Below, in pieces: positions 17,875-26,205 of a stretch of 29,363 nt of DNA. The translations under genes and the position numbers were made by a program. Under the pieces are notes generated by a model. It was given only the letters and a program-made list of their open reading frames with translations, was not told the DNA's origin and made no database searches. This DNA comes from a virus (Duplodnaviria; Heunggongvirae; Uroviricota; Caudoviricetes): positions 1 to 29,363 of IMG/VR virus record IMGVR_UViG_2713896897_000016, one strand, 5' to 3'. The first letter of the stretch is position 1, and every line of letters begins with the position of its first letter.

Positions 17875-18411
17875 CTATTCCCCCTCCACGGCTACGCCAG
17901 CGGCGCGAAGTGCGTCTATGCAGGCATCAAGCCCCTGATTAAAACCAATAGTCTCGTAATATTCCTTTGTGTGCATGTCAGGGGAATTGCGATATTCAGG
18001 CAGCGTAACGGTCACGACGCGAGACTCTAAATATTCGATATATTCCCGTAATACGTCGGCGCGGTGTTTTCCCAGCGGCAGGATTGATTTAAACCGCGTT
18101 GTGTCTGCCTGCACCCAGTCAGTTTTTTCTTGCCAGTCAATATACGCAGTGTGATAGCTATTTAATTCTGATACCCGGTTGCGCAATTTATCGCGAGAAT
18201 CAGCAATTTTTTTAGCGTATTTAGCTGATGCGGCGTTCATGCCCTCCAGCACTGTTACGCGGCGTTTCGTTGTTTCCAGTTCATCCACCAGCGCGATCAC
18301 CGCTTCTGGTGTTGCTAAATCCTGCCAGTTGTCTGACGTGTCGCAAGCCTGCCGGCACATAATTTCTTCTTCTGCCGCCGCGCGTAGTGCCTGATAATCA
18401 ATTTTGCTCAT
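17875..18411 (-). CDS. Ead/Ea22-like protein
   Basis: MSKIDYQALRAAAEEE... N-terminus and coiled-coil character typical of Ead/Ea22 proteins of lambdoid prophages. Confidence 0.5.
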   Translation of the reverse strand: MSKIDYQALRAAAEEEIMCRQACDTSDNWQDLATPEAVIALVDELETTKRRVTVLEGMNAASAKYAKKIADSRDKLRNRVSELNSYHTAYIDWQEKTDWVQADTTRFKSILPLGKHRADVLREYIEYLESRVVTVTLPEYRNSPDMHTKEYYETIGFNQGLDACIDALRAAGVAVEGE

Positions 18412-19109
18412 TGCGCCGTTTCCTGAATACGTTTGAATTCAATTACCCACACCCACGAGCTAGCCTGCCAACTGTCGTTGCCGTAGATGGACTTCCACAA
18501 GCTACGGAAACCGGGGTAATGCTTATCACCAATGAGGGTGCATTCCGTTGGTGCGCCCTCTGCTTTTGCATCGCATTCGCTGATATCGTTTAACCGCTCA
18601 ACTCGCACGTCGGTAATCTCCAGCAAAATACGGCTGGCCCAGCGTGGCATGTGAATTGATGGGCGCCAGGCACCTTCGAACTTTTCATTCTCAGTGTACG
18701 GCTTCCAGTCGGCATCATCAGGGATTGACCACAGGCCGTAATCACCTGGCTTTTGCTCGCAACTTGCACGGTAAATACGAGCTGCGCTTTTCTTGTCGCC
18801 CTTACACAGGTTGTCATTCCAATCAACACAACAGCCGTCTTCATTACCAAGCGTCGCCCACGTTTCGCGCACCCAAATGCGATCGCCGATTGAACCATGT
18901 GGACAAGCTGGAAGGGCTGCATATGGTTGGGTACCTGTTGGCAACCACCAATCATGGGTGTGCCCAGCGCATCGTGGGTTTTGCGCGGGTTTAACGCCCC
19001 AACACACCCCCTCGCGCTGATTCTTGATGATTCTCCGCGTCTGCGTCTTCCGCCCATCGAGAATGGCGCGCACCATTTCGCTGTTAAAAATCATTCCGCG
19101 CTCTTTCAT
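18408..19109 (-). CDS. hypothetical protein with ASCH-like N-terminus
   Basis: MIFNSEMVRAILDGRKTQTRRI resembles the ASCH-domain N-terminal strand; several Cys/His. Confidence 0.4.
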   Translation of the reverse strand: MKERGMIFNSEMVRAILDGRKTQTRRIIKNQREGVCWGVKPAQNPRCAGHTHDWWLPTGTQPYAALPACPHGSIGDRIWVRETWATLGNEDGCCVDWNDNLCKGDKKSAARIYRASCEQKPGDYGLWSIPDDADWKPYTENEKFEGAWRPSIHMPRWASRILLEITDVRVERLNDISECDAKAEGAPTECTLIGDKHYPGFRSLWKSIYGNDSWQASSWVWVIEFKRIQETAQ

Positions 19110-19501
19110 TCTGCTTTCCCCTCGCGCAGCTGCTCAGAAAGCTCTTTGCCGCAATAAATAGCGCCTGCGATTACCGGAATTTCATCACCGACAAAATCTC
19201 CATCATCAAGAAATTGCTGAAGACGGTCAGTTAATTTCTCAACACCCCGCGCCTCGGCTACGCGCAGGATTCTGTCTGTTGTGGGTGTCTGCACGGACTC
19301 GCGAAGAATTTCGTATGCCGCCATCATCGCTCTCTCAGGAACTTCATCATCGGCGTAGAAAGCATCAAGCGCAGTCATCATCACGCTCAGAGAGGGCTTC
19401 GAGAATTTCAGCGCTTCATTTTCTGAAGCCACTGAGTTTAATCGGGCTATTAACTGGCCTACCCACCACTGCAAATCGACGCCATCAGGACAGTTCGTCA
19501 C
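19106..19501 (-). CDS. hypothetical protein
   Basis: 131-aa ORF, overlaps downstream start by 4 nt. Confidence 0.35.
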   Translation of the reverse strand: MTNCPDGVDLQWWVGQLIARLNSVASENEALKFSKPSLSVMMTALDAFYADDEVPERAMMAAYEILRESVQTPTTDRILRVAEARGVEKLTDRLQQFLDDGDFVGDEIPVIAGAIYCGKELSEQLREGKAE

Positions 19502-19643
19502 TTCACGCTCTTTCTCAATCGTTTAGTGTGCAGCTGTTAGTTCACTCATGATTACCCTCTCAACGCCCACGCTATAGCAAGCGCCACACCTATGGTCATA
19601 AATGCCCTCGCCCATGAAATATCGTTTCTCATAAAACCCCCTG

Positions 19644-20333
19644 TTAAATCAGCCCTGCGGATTTGCGGGCGTTATATTTTTCCAGTAATTCTTGCGCCGG
19701 AGTTTTCCCTCTCGGAGCACAAGGTGCCGCCAGTGCGCGACGAATTGGCGGGATCGGCTTGCCGTCCATTACGCGTTTTTCCCAGTCAACCAGCAGCTTT
19801 CCAGCGAGCGCGGTTAACTCACTTTCGGTCATCTGGCCCTCCGTTCCCCGGCGGCGTAACTCAATACACAGGTGGTACATAACCGGCTGTGTCCACGGGT
19901 ATTGCTCACTCGTTGGATAACGAAAAACCAGCTTTCGCCAGTTCCAGTACTCGGTCATGACGTCAGCGGCGCAGATACCCAGCACGCCTTTCCCTTCACG
20001 GCACCATGCGATGAACTGACCAGGTGAAGGCCAGAAAGGCGACGCACTGGCGCGAGCCTTTGCCATGCCGTTTGATAACTGTTCACGCTGGCTGATGCCT
20101 GCCTCTGCGAACGCGGCGATCCATTGCTGCTTTGCGGTTTTTTCATCGGCAGCGGTTTTTAAATTGGTCTGCGTGGAGGCAGGAAAAACCTGTCTAAGCT
20201 GTCTGAATAGCGCGTCAACAAGGTTTTCAGCTTCGGGATTAATAACCCTTGCCTGATCTGCGTTAGCGCCCGACATGCGCGATAACGCACGCCCATCGCG
20301 GTTTTCAATTGCGCGGTATAATTCGGTTGTCAT
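19644..20333 (-). CDS. P: replication protein P (helicase loader, lambda P-like)
   Basis: PFWPSPGQFIAWCREG and surrounding segments match lambda P (PFLPSPGQFVAWCREE) as recalled; follows O with ATGA overlap. Confidence 0.85.
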   Translation of the reverse strand: MTTELYRAIENRDGRALSRMSGANADQARVINPEAENLVDALFRQLRQVFPASTQTNLKTAADEKTAKQQWIAAFAEAGISQREQLSNGMAKARASASPFWPSPGQFIAWCREGKGVLGICAADVMTEYWNWRKLVFRYPTSEQYPWTQPVMYHLCIELRRRGTEGQMTESELTALAGKLLVDWEKRVMDGKPIPPIRRALAAPCAPRGKTPAQELLEKYNARKSAGLI

Positions 20334-21142
20334 ATAAAATCACTCCAGGCCTCAGGGCTGTTCCAGTGCTCTGAATCATCGCCGTGGTTTAAATCTTCGT
20401 GCCGCTGCTTGCGTCCTCTGGCTTCACGCTGTATCGCGAGCGTGTCCCACTTCTCACGCAGTTTTGCAGGAGATAAAATATTCGAGCACCAGAAGGAATC
20501 ACTGGCTGCCCATTTGAATAACTCACAGATTTCACGGTGTGAGCGATTATCCAGCGAACGCATCATGCGGACATCATTTGCCCACGAGGTCATATTTCGG
20601 TTTGTTGCAGACGGCCTGATTGTTTCAATCATGGCGGAAAGCCACTCAGCACAACGCAAATCATCAGCGCTTCCCCACTTTGCCATGGACGGGGTATAAA
20701 TCACCGCGTCAGGATGGGCTGATAAAAATTTCTGTAATTGCTCGTCAGGGGATTCGCCAGAATTCTCTGACGAAGATCTTTTAGTATTTACTTTCTTTTG
20801 TCTTTTGTGTGTCCCTGTTTTGGTGACATTATTAATGCTGTGATGTGAGCCGTTAATATCCCAATCGGCAATATTTTTATTTATACCAATTAACCCACAT
20901 TCACGATCTATAACCTTCATGGATATAAGCTCGTTTTTCGCAGCATTAACTTTTTGCCGCGGCAATCTGGTTATTTCAGCTAACTGCCCATCCGATATTC
21001 GGTCCATTTTTTTATTAAACCCGTATGTTTTGCGGCATACTGCGTGCGCAACTTTGCTTTGAACTTTTGTCAAATCTGCGCCTATCAGTGCCTCATAAAG
21101 ATCATTAGCAATGCGCGTATAACCGTCTTCAATTTCTGCCAC
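20330..21142 (-). CDS. O: replication initiator protein O (lambda O-like)
   Basis: N-terminus DGYTRIANDLYEALIGADLTKVQSKVAHAVCRKTYGFNKKMDRISDGQLAEITRLP matches the lambda O origin-binding domain as recalled; basic low-complexity linker mid-gene. Confidence 0.8.
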   Translation of the reverse strand: MAEIEDGYTRIANDLYEALIGADLTKVQSKVAHAVCRKTYGFNKKMDRISDGQLAEITRLPRQKVNAAKNELISMKVIDRECGLIGINKNIADWDINGSHHSINNVTKTGTHKRQKKVNTKRSSSENSGESPDEQLQKFLSAHPDAVIYTPSMAKWGSADDLRCAEWLSAMIETIRPSATNRNMTSWANDVRMMRSLDNRSHREICELFKWAASDSFWCSNILSPAKLREKWDTLAIQREARGRKQRHEDLNHGDDSEHWNSPEAWSDFI

Positions 21143-21161
21143 GCGAACCGCCTGAAACTGT

Positions 21162-21608
21162 TTAGTGCCCTGCCGGGATCACCGTGTTAAATAACCGATT
21201 GAACGCCTCGCGCGCCTCCTTCCCCTCTTTGCACAGCTCGCGATCAGGCGCGCCCAGGTTGACGGCGTTTAAAAACTCCGTGATCTCCTTGAGAGCCAGA
21301 GCAGATAAATACTGCGGCGCATCAGGCATTGACACGGCAGCACTACGCAGAACAGGCATGGCGCGTAATGCCGGGCCTGTCAGTTCTGCCGCCATAGCGC
21401 TATAGCGTGGGCCGTCACAGTTCTGGAAAATACGGCGCACCCCTTGCCTAGCGTTGTCCTGGTCACTGTCTGGGTCGGGTAGTAAACTGCCGCCTCCCTC
21501 GTAGTGATACTGTGCTGCTATATCCAGGCCGACGGTTTGCCAGCCCTCGCTCGCTGCCCACTGATTAATAGCCGTGGCAACGGCATCAATCGACGGAGTG
21601 ATTTGCAT
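21162..21608 (-). CDS. YdaT-like (CII-like) regulator
   Basis: GWQTVGLDIAAQYHYEGGGSLLPDPDSDQDNARQGVRRI resembles Rac YdaT as recalled; sits between Cro-like gene and O. Confidence 0.45.
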   Translation of the reverse strand: MQITPSIDAVATAINQWAASEGWQTVGLDIAAQYHYEGGGSLLPDPDSDQDNARQGVRRIFQNCDGPRYSAMAAELTGPALRAMPVLRSAAVSMPDAPQYLSALALKEITEFLNAVNLGAPDRELCKEGKEAREAFNRLFNTVIPAGH

Positions 21609-21816
21609 TTTTCAGCTCCTCGCGACGATTCTGTTTATGCTGGTCATAGATAACGGGGTCGTAAGTTAGAACTCCGCCGGAAGCCTCCTGTAGTCGCATG
21701 GCCCTTGCTTCAGGTACCAACTCTTTCCATTTGTAAAAAGATGGAAGCCTGATGCCCGCAGCCTCCGCTACGCGGGTTTTACTACCAAAAAACTCTAACG
21801 CATCCCTTGTGAACAT
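21586..21816 (-). CDS. Cro-like / YdaS-like HTH regulator
   Basis: Start at MFTRDALEFFGSKTRVAEAAGI... chosen for the AAGGG Shine-Dalgarno 7-8 nt upstream; divergent from the repressor gene. Confidence 0.55.
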   Translation of the reverse strand: MFTRDALEFFGSKTRVAEAAGIRLPSFYKWKELVPEARAMRLQEASGGVLTYDPVIYDQHKQNRREELKNANHSVD

Positions 21817-21898
21817 TATCTTGCCCTTAAAATTAGCCATAACTAATAAAATACAACCAAATAAAAACTTGATCAAGAGATATTAGTATTAGCTAACT
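21817..21898. promoter_or_regulatory. divergent immunity promoter/operator region
   Basis: Perfect palindromes CTTGATCAAG (21868..21877) and TTAGCTAA (21889..21896); minus-strand TTGATC-17-TATTTT promoter-like hexamers for the cro-like gene; the repressor ATG at 21899 has no Shine-Dalgarno (possibly leaderless). Confidence 0.45.
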
Positions 21899-22309
21899 AT
21901 GGATATGAAAAAGTTGACTATCGGCGAACGCATCAGATTCCGCCGCAAAGAGTTGAAATTAACGCAAAAGTCATTAGCTAAGGCCCTTGGGCTGTCTGAT
22001 GTTTCCGTATCGCAGTGGGAAAGAGATGATAGTGAGCCCACGGGGAAGAACCTTTTTGCTTTAGGGAAGGCGCTCCAGTGTTCGGCAACCTGGATTCTCT
22101 ACGGAGATAAAGAACAGACTCCGGGTGTGCCAGTAACTCAGCCGTTAGAGCTTGATGAACAGCAACGAGAGTGGCTTGAATTATTTAATTCATTACCAGA
22201 ATCGGAGCAACTCATACAACTGGAGGCCATGAGAGTAAAAGTCGAAAACTATAATCGACTATTTGATGAACTACTAAAAGCAAGAAAAAGAAACAAAACA
22301 GATAGTTAG
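21899..22309 (+). CDS. immunity repressor, short XRE-family HTH protein without S24 peptidase domain
   Basis: 136 aa; HTH LTQKSLAKALGLSDVSVSQWERDDSEP; divergent from the cro-like gene. Confidence 0.7.
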   Translation: MDMKKLTIGERIRFRRKELKLTQKSLAKALGLSDVSVSQWERDDSEPTGKNLFALGKALQCSATWILYGDKEQTPGVPVTQPLELDEQQREWLELFNSLPESEQLIQLEAMRVKVENYNRLFDELLKARKRNKTDS

Positions 22310-22352
22310 TGGAAATGGAGTAGTTGGATTTCAAGTAAGAGGGAATAGTATT

Positions 22353-22682
22353 TTGATTATTACGCATGAGAAATTTATCAATTTTTTAACTTCTGTTGGC
22401 GCGGGCGTCCAGTGTCCTGTTTGTAAGTTTGTCGGTTGGGATATAAGCGCCACTTGGGAAATCGATACCAGCGAGAAAAAGGACGATCTTATTATTAATC
22501 ATTTGCCTTACGCGAGACTTCATCGGGATGAAACCACGACAGGGTTCTCAGGCGGCCTCCCCCTTCTAATGACTAGTTGTAACAAATGTGGATACACACG
22601 GCTTCATCATTACAAAATCGTCAGTGCTACCATACAGGAAATGGATGATTTAGGGGCTGATGGGGACACTACCAATGAATAA
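22353..22682 (+). CDS. zinc-ribbon protein (two CxxC pairs), unknown function
   Basis: 109-aa ORF with CPVC (res 21-24) and CNKC (res 77-80); apparent TTG start with AAGAGGGA Shine-Dalgarno; AT-rich; directly downstream of the repressor on the same strand. Confidence 0.5.
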   Translation: MIITHEKFINFLTSVGAGVQCPVCKFVGWDISATWEIDTSEKKDDLIINHLPYARLHRDETTTGFSGGLPLLMTSCNKCGYTRLHHYKIVSATIQEMDDLGADGDTTNE

Positions 22683-23049
22683 TGTTATATATACTAATAA
22701 CTGGGGGCCATGTTCAGGTCCTAAAAATGGCGGTGACGGAGGTGGCGGTATGTATGAGGTACGCATCGCAAAACTTGAATCAGACGTTGAAAGCATTAAG
22801 AATGATATTTCTGATCTAAAGGCCAATCTACGAACCGCGAGCACCGACCTTTCAGCAATCAGGCGTGATACGGCGGTTATGCTTCAGAAATTCGTTGATA
22901 TAGATGCTCAACTTTCAACAAAGCCAAGCAAGGATAGCCTCGAGGCCAAGGTGACCAGTTCAGCCAACAAACAAATTATCTGGACTATAGGTTCGATTAT
23001 TGCCACGGTCGGTATGGCTACTGGTCTTATTATAAAAATGATGCACTAA
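22675..23049 (+). CDS. coiled-coil protein with C-terminal transmembrane anchor
   Basis: Start MNNVIYTNN overlaps upstream stop by 8 nt; Gly-rich then heptad-like segment (YEVRIAKLESDVESIKNDISDLKANL) and C-terminal hydrophobic helix IIWTIGSIIATVGMATGLIIKMM; followed by a strong terminator. Confidence 0.5.
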   Translation: MNNVIYTNNWGPCSGPKNGGDGGGGMYEVRIAKLESDVESIKNDISDLKANLRTASTDLSAIRRDTAVMLQKFVDIDAQLSTKPSKDSLEAKVTSSANKQIIWTIGSIIATVGMATGLIIKMMH

Positions 23050-23067
23050 TCCCTTCATACAATAGCA

Positions 23068-23089
23068 CCGGCGAAAGCCGGTTTTTTTT
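23068..23089 (+). terminator. intrinsic terminator
   Basis: CCGGC-gaaa-GCCGG hairpin followed by T8. Confidence 0.7.
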
Positions 23090-23148
23090 CGCTATAAAAC
23101 AGATACTTGAAAAAAATCGGCAATAAATCACGCCAAAATTAAGTTTTA

Positions 23149-23179
23149 ACTTGATTTTAATTTTAGCTATAGCTAACAT
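23149..23179 (+). promoter_or_regulatory. candidate early-left promoter with overlapping operator palindrome
   Basis: TTGATT (23151..23156) - 17 nt - TAACAT (23174..23179); 14-bp palindrome TTAGCTATAGCTAA (23163..23176) overlaps spacer and -10 and shares the TTAGCTA half-site with the region upstream of the repressor gene. Confidence 0.4.
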
Positions 23180-23334
23180 CACATCGTCGAAAGCAGTCAC
23201 CCAGGCAGGATGCCCACGAAGTAGCCGCCAGCGGCATATGAAGAGCTGGATGATGTGACTATCAACAATCACTGCACAGTGATTACTCAGTAAACGTTCC
23301 GTTAGCCGCGACAAGGCCAGATGAGGGATTCGCA

Positions 23335-23736
23335 ATGAGCAACATGACAGTAACCAGGGGAACAGGGTACGACGAGGACAATATCCCGCTTTGTGGTAAG
23401 GGCCTGTTTTATTGGGTTGACGTTAATGGCAGTACCGACATGGACGGTCATCATGAGTTTGGGACCGAAAGAGAGGTCATCGAATTAATTGATGAACTCA
23501 TCCCCGCCCCGCTTTACAACGTTTACCAGCGAGCTGACGGAATGCAGATCGCAGTTAATATCAATGGCACTGCATGTTTTATGCGCCCGTTTAAGCAGGC
23601 CGCATGGCTGCGCACCGGATTTGAAGCTAATCTGGAGTACTACTGGCTCGTTGATAAACAAGTTTCAATCAGCGATACCCCGAATTTAATGGCTCATTTT
23701 GATAACGGGCGATTAGAAGTTGTGGAGGTGTTTTGA
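23335..23736 (+). CDS. hypothetical protein, first gene of the early-left operon
   Basis: 133-aa ORF with GAGGGA Shine-Dalgarno 8 nt upstream; no family recognised. Confidence 0.45.
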   Translation: MSNMTVTRGTGYDEDNIPLCGKGLFYWVDVNGSTDMDGHHEFGTEREVIELIDELIPAPLYNVYQRADGMQIAVNINGTACFMRPFKQAAWLRTGFEANLEYYWLVDKQVSISDTPNLMAHFDNGRLEVVEVF

Positions 23737-23942
23737 TGAAACACCAACACTACGGCACTAAATTAGTTGAGCGCGGAGAGGTGAAGCCCGGAACATTATT
23801 ATTGTACAACGGGAAAATTTACACCGCGTCCGCAAATGTCAAAGCCGGTTTGCATATTAATACGCTACTAGAAAAAACGATGATTAAAAGCAACTTAATC
23901 ACAGTTTTTTTAGATGGTGCAGGCGAGCATTTAATTAACTAA
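23733..23942 (+). CDS. kilR: KilR-like killing protein (cell-division inhibitor family)
   Basis: PGTLLLYNGKIYTASANVKAGLHIN...ITVFLDGAG resembles Rac KilR [21 protein letters not shown]...IKVFLGRDG as recalled. Confidence 0.6.
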   Translation: MMKHQHYGTKLVERGEVKPGTLLLYNGKIYTASANVKAGLHINTLLEKTMIKSNLITVFLDGAGEHLIN

Positions 23943-24006
23943 TCAGAATTAAATTTATTTATGCCCTAACAGGCAGGGATAACCACATTTAATAGCAGGT
24001 CCGATT

Positions 24007-24303
24007 ATGCCAGCTTACGCTATTTATGACGCTATTGAACAGCAACGCAATGACGCTGATGTTATTAATGTCATACGCGAAAAGGAAGAAAAAGAATTAT
24101 CAGAATGGTTTTCAGGGGCAATTAAGCCCCGCTTTATCCAGTCTGCTGTATTGACCGCATTAGGCAGCAGAGCAGATGAAAAAGCAGTAAATAACGCATT
24201 TGATGTTTGCAGTATTGAAGAACTGGTCGCGGAATTTACACAGCAATTGAGTGATGAGATAGCGCGCCAGCAACAGAAAATTAACGACAGTTTCAGAAAT
24301 TAA
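24007..24303 (+). CDS. hypothetical protein
   Basis: 98-aa ORF in early-left operon. Confidence 0.4.
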   Translation: MPAYAIYDAIEQQRNDADVINVIREKEEKELSEWFSGAIKPRFIQSAVLTALGSRADEKAVNNAFDVCSIEELVAEFTQQLSDEIARQQQKINDSFRN

Positions 24304-24312
24304 GGACACAAA

Positions 24313-26205
24313 ATGTCAGAATTAAAAGTCTATATCGGTGCATATATCCCCGACGAAAAATCAATTGAAGAAAACGGCGCTCGCAAAGTTGCCTACGCAT
24401 TTGAAGCGCGTGGTGAAAAACACGCGCGAGCAAAACTTTCATTTGCATTCATTGAGGAATATCCGGGAGCGCAGGACGCAGCATTTAAAAGTTTTCTTTG
24501 CGAGGACGCACCAGGAATGCCCCGCCCCGCTCTTAATGTATGGGATGAGGATTTTCTTTATGAAAATGACTGGTCCGAGGAATTAGGACACCCGGTTTCA
24601 CGTATTGAAGAACCGAAGTCAGTGGATTTTAATAAACTCTCCAGCGAGCAAAAAATCGCCGTATTAGTCAAATACTCCACCGCCGATATAACAACCGATA
24701 TGCTGCCGGACGCGCTGGAATTAACACAGGATGAGGCAGGAACATTCCCCGGTCATATTGTCGAGGCAATTAGTAAAACTCCGGCAATTACTGCTATGTA
24801 CCCCGAGCGTATTATTGAGGCCATTCAGTACGTTGTCAAAAAATGCGCAACTACCAGCAAGTGGCCCGACATCAAAGCGCAGCTCGCGAGCTGGCAGAGC
24901 GGTTTAAATCCTGAGCGCACGGAACCGGAATCAACTGAAAAATTACGCACCCCGTCAGGCGCTACCGCTGGCGGTGGTAACGCCACGGATCGCAATCCTG
25001 ATGTTGAGCATGATTTTAACTCTCTCGCGCTCGAAATCGCGCTGGGTATTCATGCACGGGCGATGGATTTTGATATTTACAATCTCCGCTCCGCGCACAT
25101 TAACCGCGCTCGGGAAATTATTAAGTATAAAGAAAAGCCGTTCCCCGCCCTGTTTGACGCGTTCCGTAATACTCCGGGTGTACTCGATTATTCCCGAGCC
25201 ATGATCATCTACGCGGTCAAAACGGCACCGGAAAATATTGAGAGCACGCCGGGTAAATTATCACACTATCTGAACACCACGCTTACGGAGTCAGACCACG
25301 AACACCCGGATCCGCAAATGATCGCTATTGCGTGTGGTACGCACACCGAAGAATCAAGCCAGGGCGAGCCAGCGCCGCAGGAAGACACACCAGAACCAGA
25401 GCGTCAGGGGCCGTTCTACTACCGCACCCCTCAGGGCGAGGTTGGGCGCGCGAATAAGCTGGCAAAACTGACAGCGGTTATTGAGCAGGGTTGCGAGGAG
25501 ATTACACGCGAGCAGTACACGGAACTCAAAAATGCGCCGTCATATGATGACGTTAGTAAACAGCTCGCAGCACAACGCGGTGAATACGTAGAGGGAATCA
25601 GCGACCCGAATGATCCGAAATGGGTTAAGACCGAAGTTCAACCAGAGGTAAAAAACCACGGTAACGGCGTGTTTTCAATTGAGGGGTTAATGGGCGAGCA
25701 GGAAAAACCAGCGGCCCCGGTCGCCTCAGATGAGGGAGTAAAAGCGAAAGAAGCCCATGTTGTAGCCACCCCGGCCCCGGTTGATTTTCAGGGCGTTGCT
25801 GCAAGTCTCGAAAAAGACATGGCAAACAAAAACGACGAGGCCAGGGGCAATCTCGCTATCTGGCGTAGCGTAATGCGGACCGATCCCCGATTCACAAAAC
25901 AGATGGTGGGAATGGGATTTGAGGGAACCAGCATCAACCCCGAATATATGATTATGCGCGCTACGGAGATATTTGGGCCTATCGGTAGTCGTTGGGGTTT
26001 TGAAATATTAGAGGACCGAATGATTCCGGGCGCTCCTTTTTCTGAGGCTGTTTATGAGGATAAAAAATTCATTTGCAACCGCATGTTGCGTGACGGTGAC
26101 GGCACCTTGCTGCATGAACAAAACCACAGCATTAAAATCCGCCTGTGGTATCAGGTCGGTGCTGATGAGGGATCGGTATATGTTCAAAACGAAACACGGA
26201 ATTAA
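24313..26205 (+). CDS. large uncharacterised protein whose C-terminal ~130 aa form the start of a Rad52/Erf/Sak-like single-strand annealing domain (interrupted)
   Basis: Continuous 630-aa frame; C-terminal MVGMGFEGTSINPEYMIMRATEIFGPIGSRWGFEI resembles Rad52-family RVGFGNQ...INLANEIFGYNGWSHSI; N-terminal ~500 aa not recognised; frame ends at 26205 inside the expected domain. Confidence 0.5.
   Translation: MSELKVYIGAYIPDEKSIEENGARKVAYAFEARGEKHARAKLSFAFIEEYPGAQDAAFKSFLCEDAPGMPRPALNVWDEDFLYENDWSEELGHPVSRIEEPKSVDFNKLSSEQKIAVLVKYSTADITTDMLPDALELTQDEAGTFPGHIVEAISKTPAITAMYPERIIEAIQYVVKKCATTSKWPDIKAQLASWQSGLNPERTEPESTEKLRTPSGATAGGGNATDRNPDVEHDFNSLALEIALGIHARAMDFDIYNLRSAHINRAREIIKYKEKPFPALFDAFRNTPGVLDYSRAMIIYAVKTAPENIESTPGKLSHYLNTTLTESDHEHPDPQMIAIACGTHTEESSQGEPAPQEDTPEPERQGPFYYRTPQGEVGRANKLAKLTAVIEQGCEEITREQYTELKNAPSYDDVSKQLAAQRGEYVEGISDPNDPKWVKTEVQPEVKNHGNGVFSIEGLMGEQEKPAAPVASDEGVKAKEAHVVATPAPVDFQGVAASLEKDMANKNDEARGNLAIWRSVMRTDPRFTKQMVGMGFEGTSINPEYMIMRATEIFGPIGSRWGFEILEDRMIPGAPFSEAVYEDKKFICNRMLRDGDGTLLHEQNHSIKIRLWYQVGADEGSVYVQNETRN

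Noticed and set aside
18590-19057. Overlapping ORFs on both strands inside 18408..19109 (also 18644..18994 and 18793..19020)
   Set aside because: Embedded within or antisense to the 233-aa gene that fits operon spacing and stop-start overlaps; treated as alternative-frame artefacts.
23030-23335. Minus-strand 101-aa ORF
   Set aside because: Covers the terminator hairpin and the AT-rich promoter/operator region between operons; no ribosome-binding site; opposite to local transcription.
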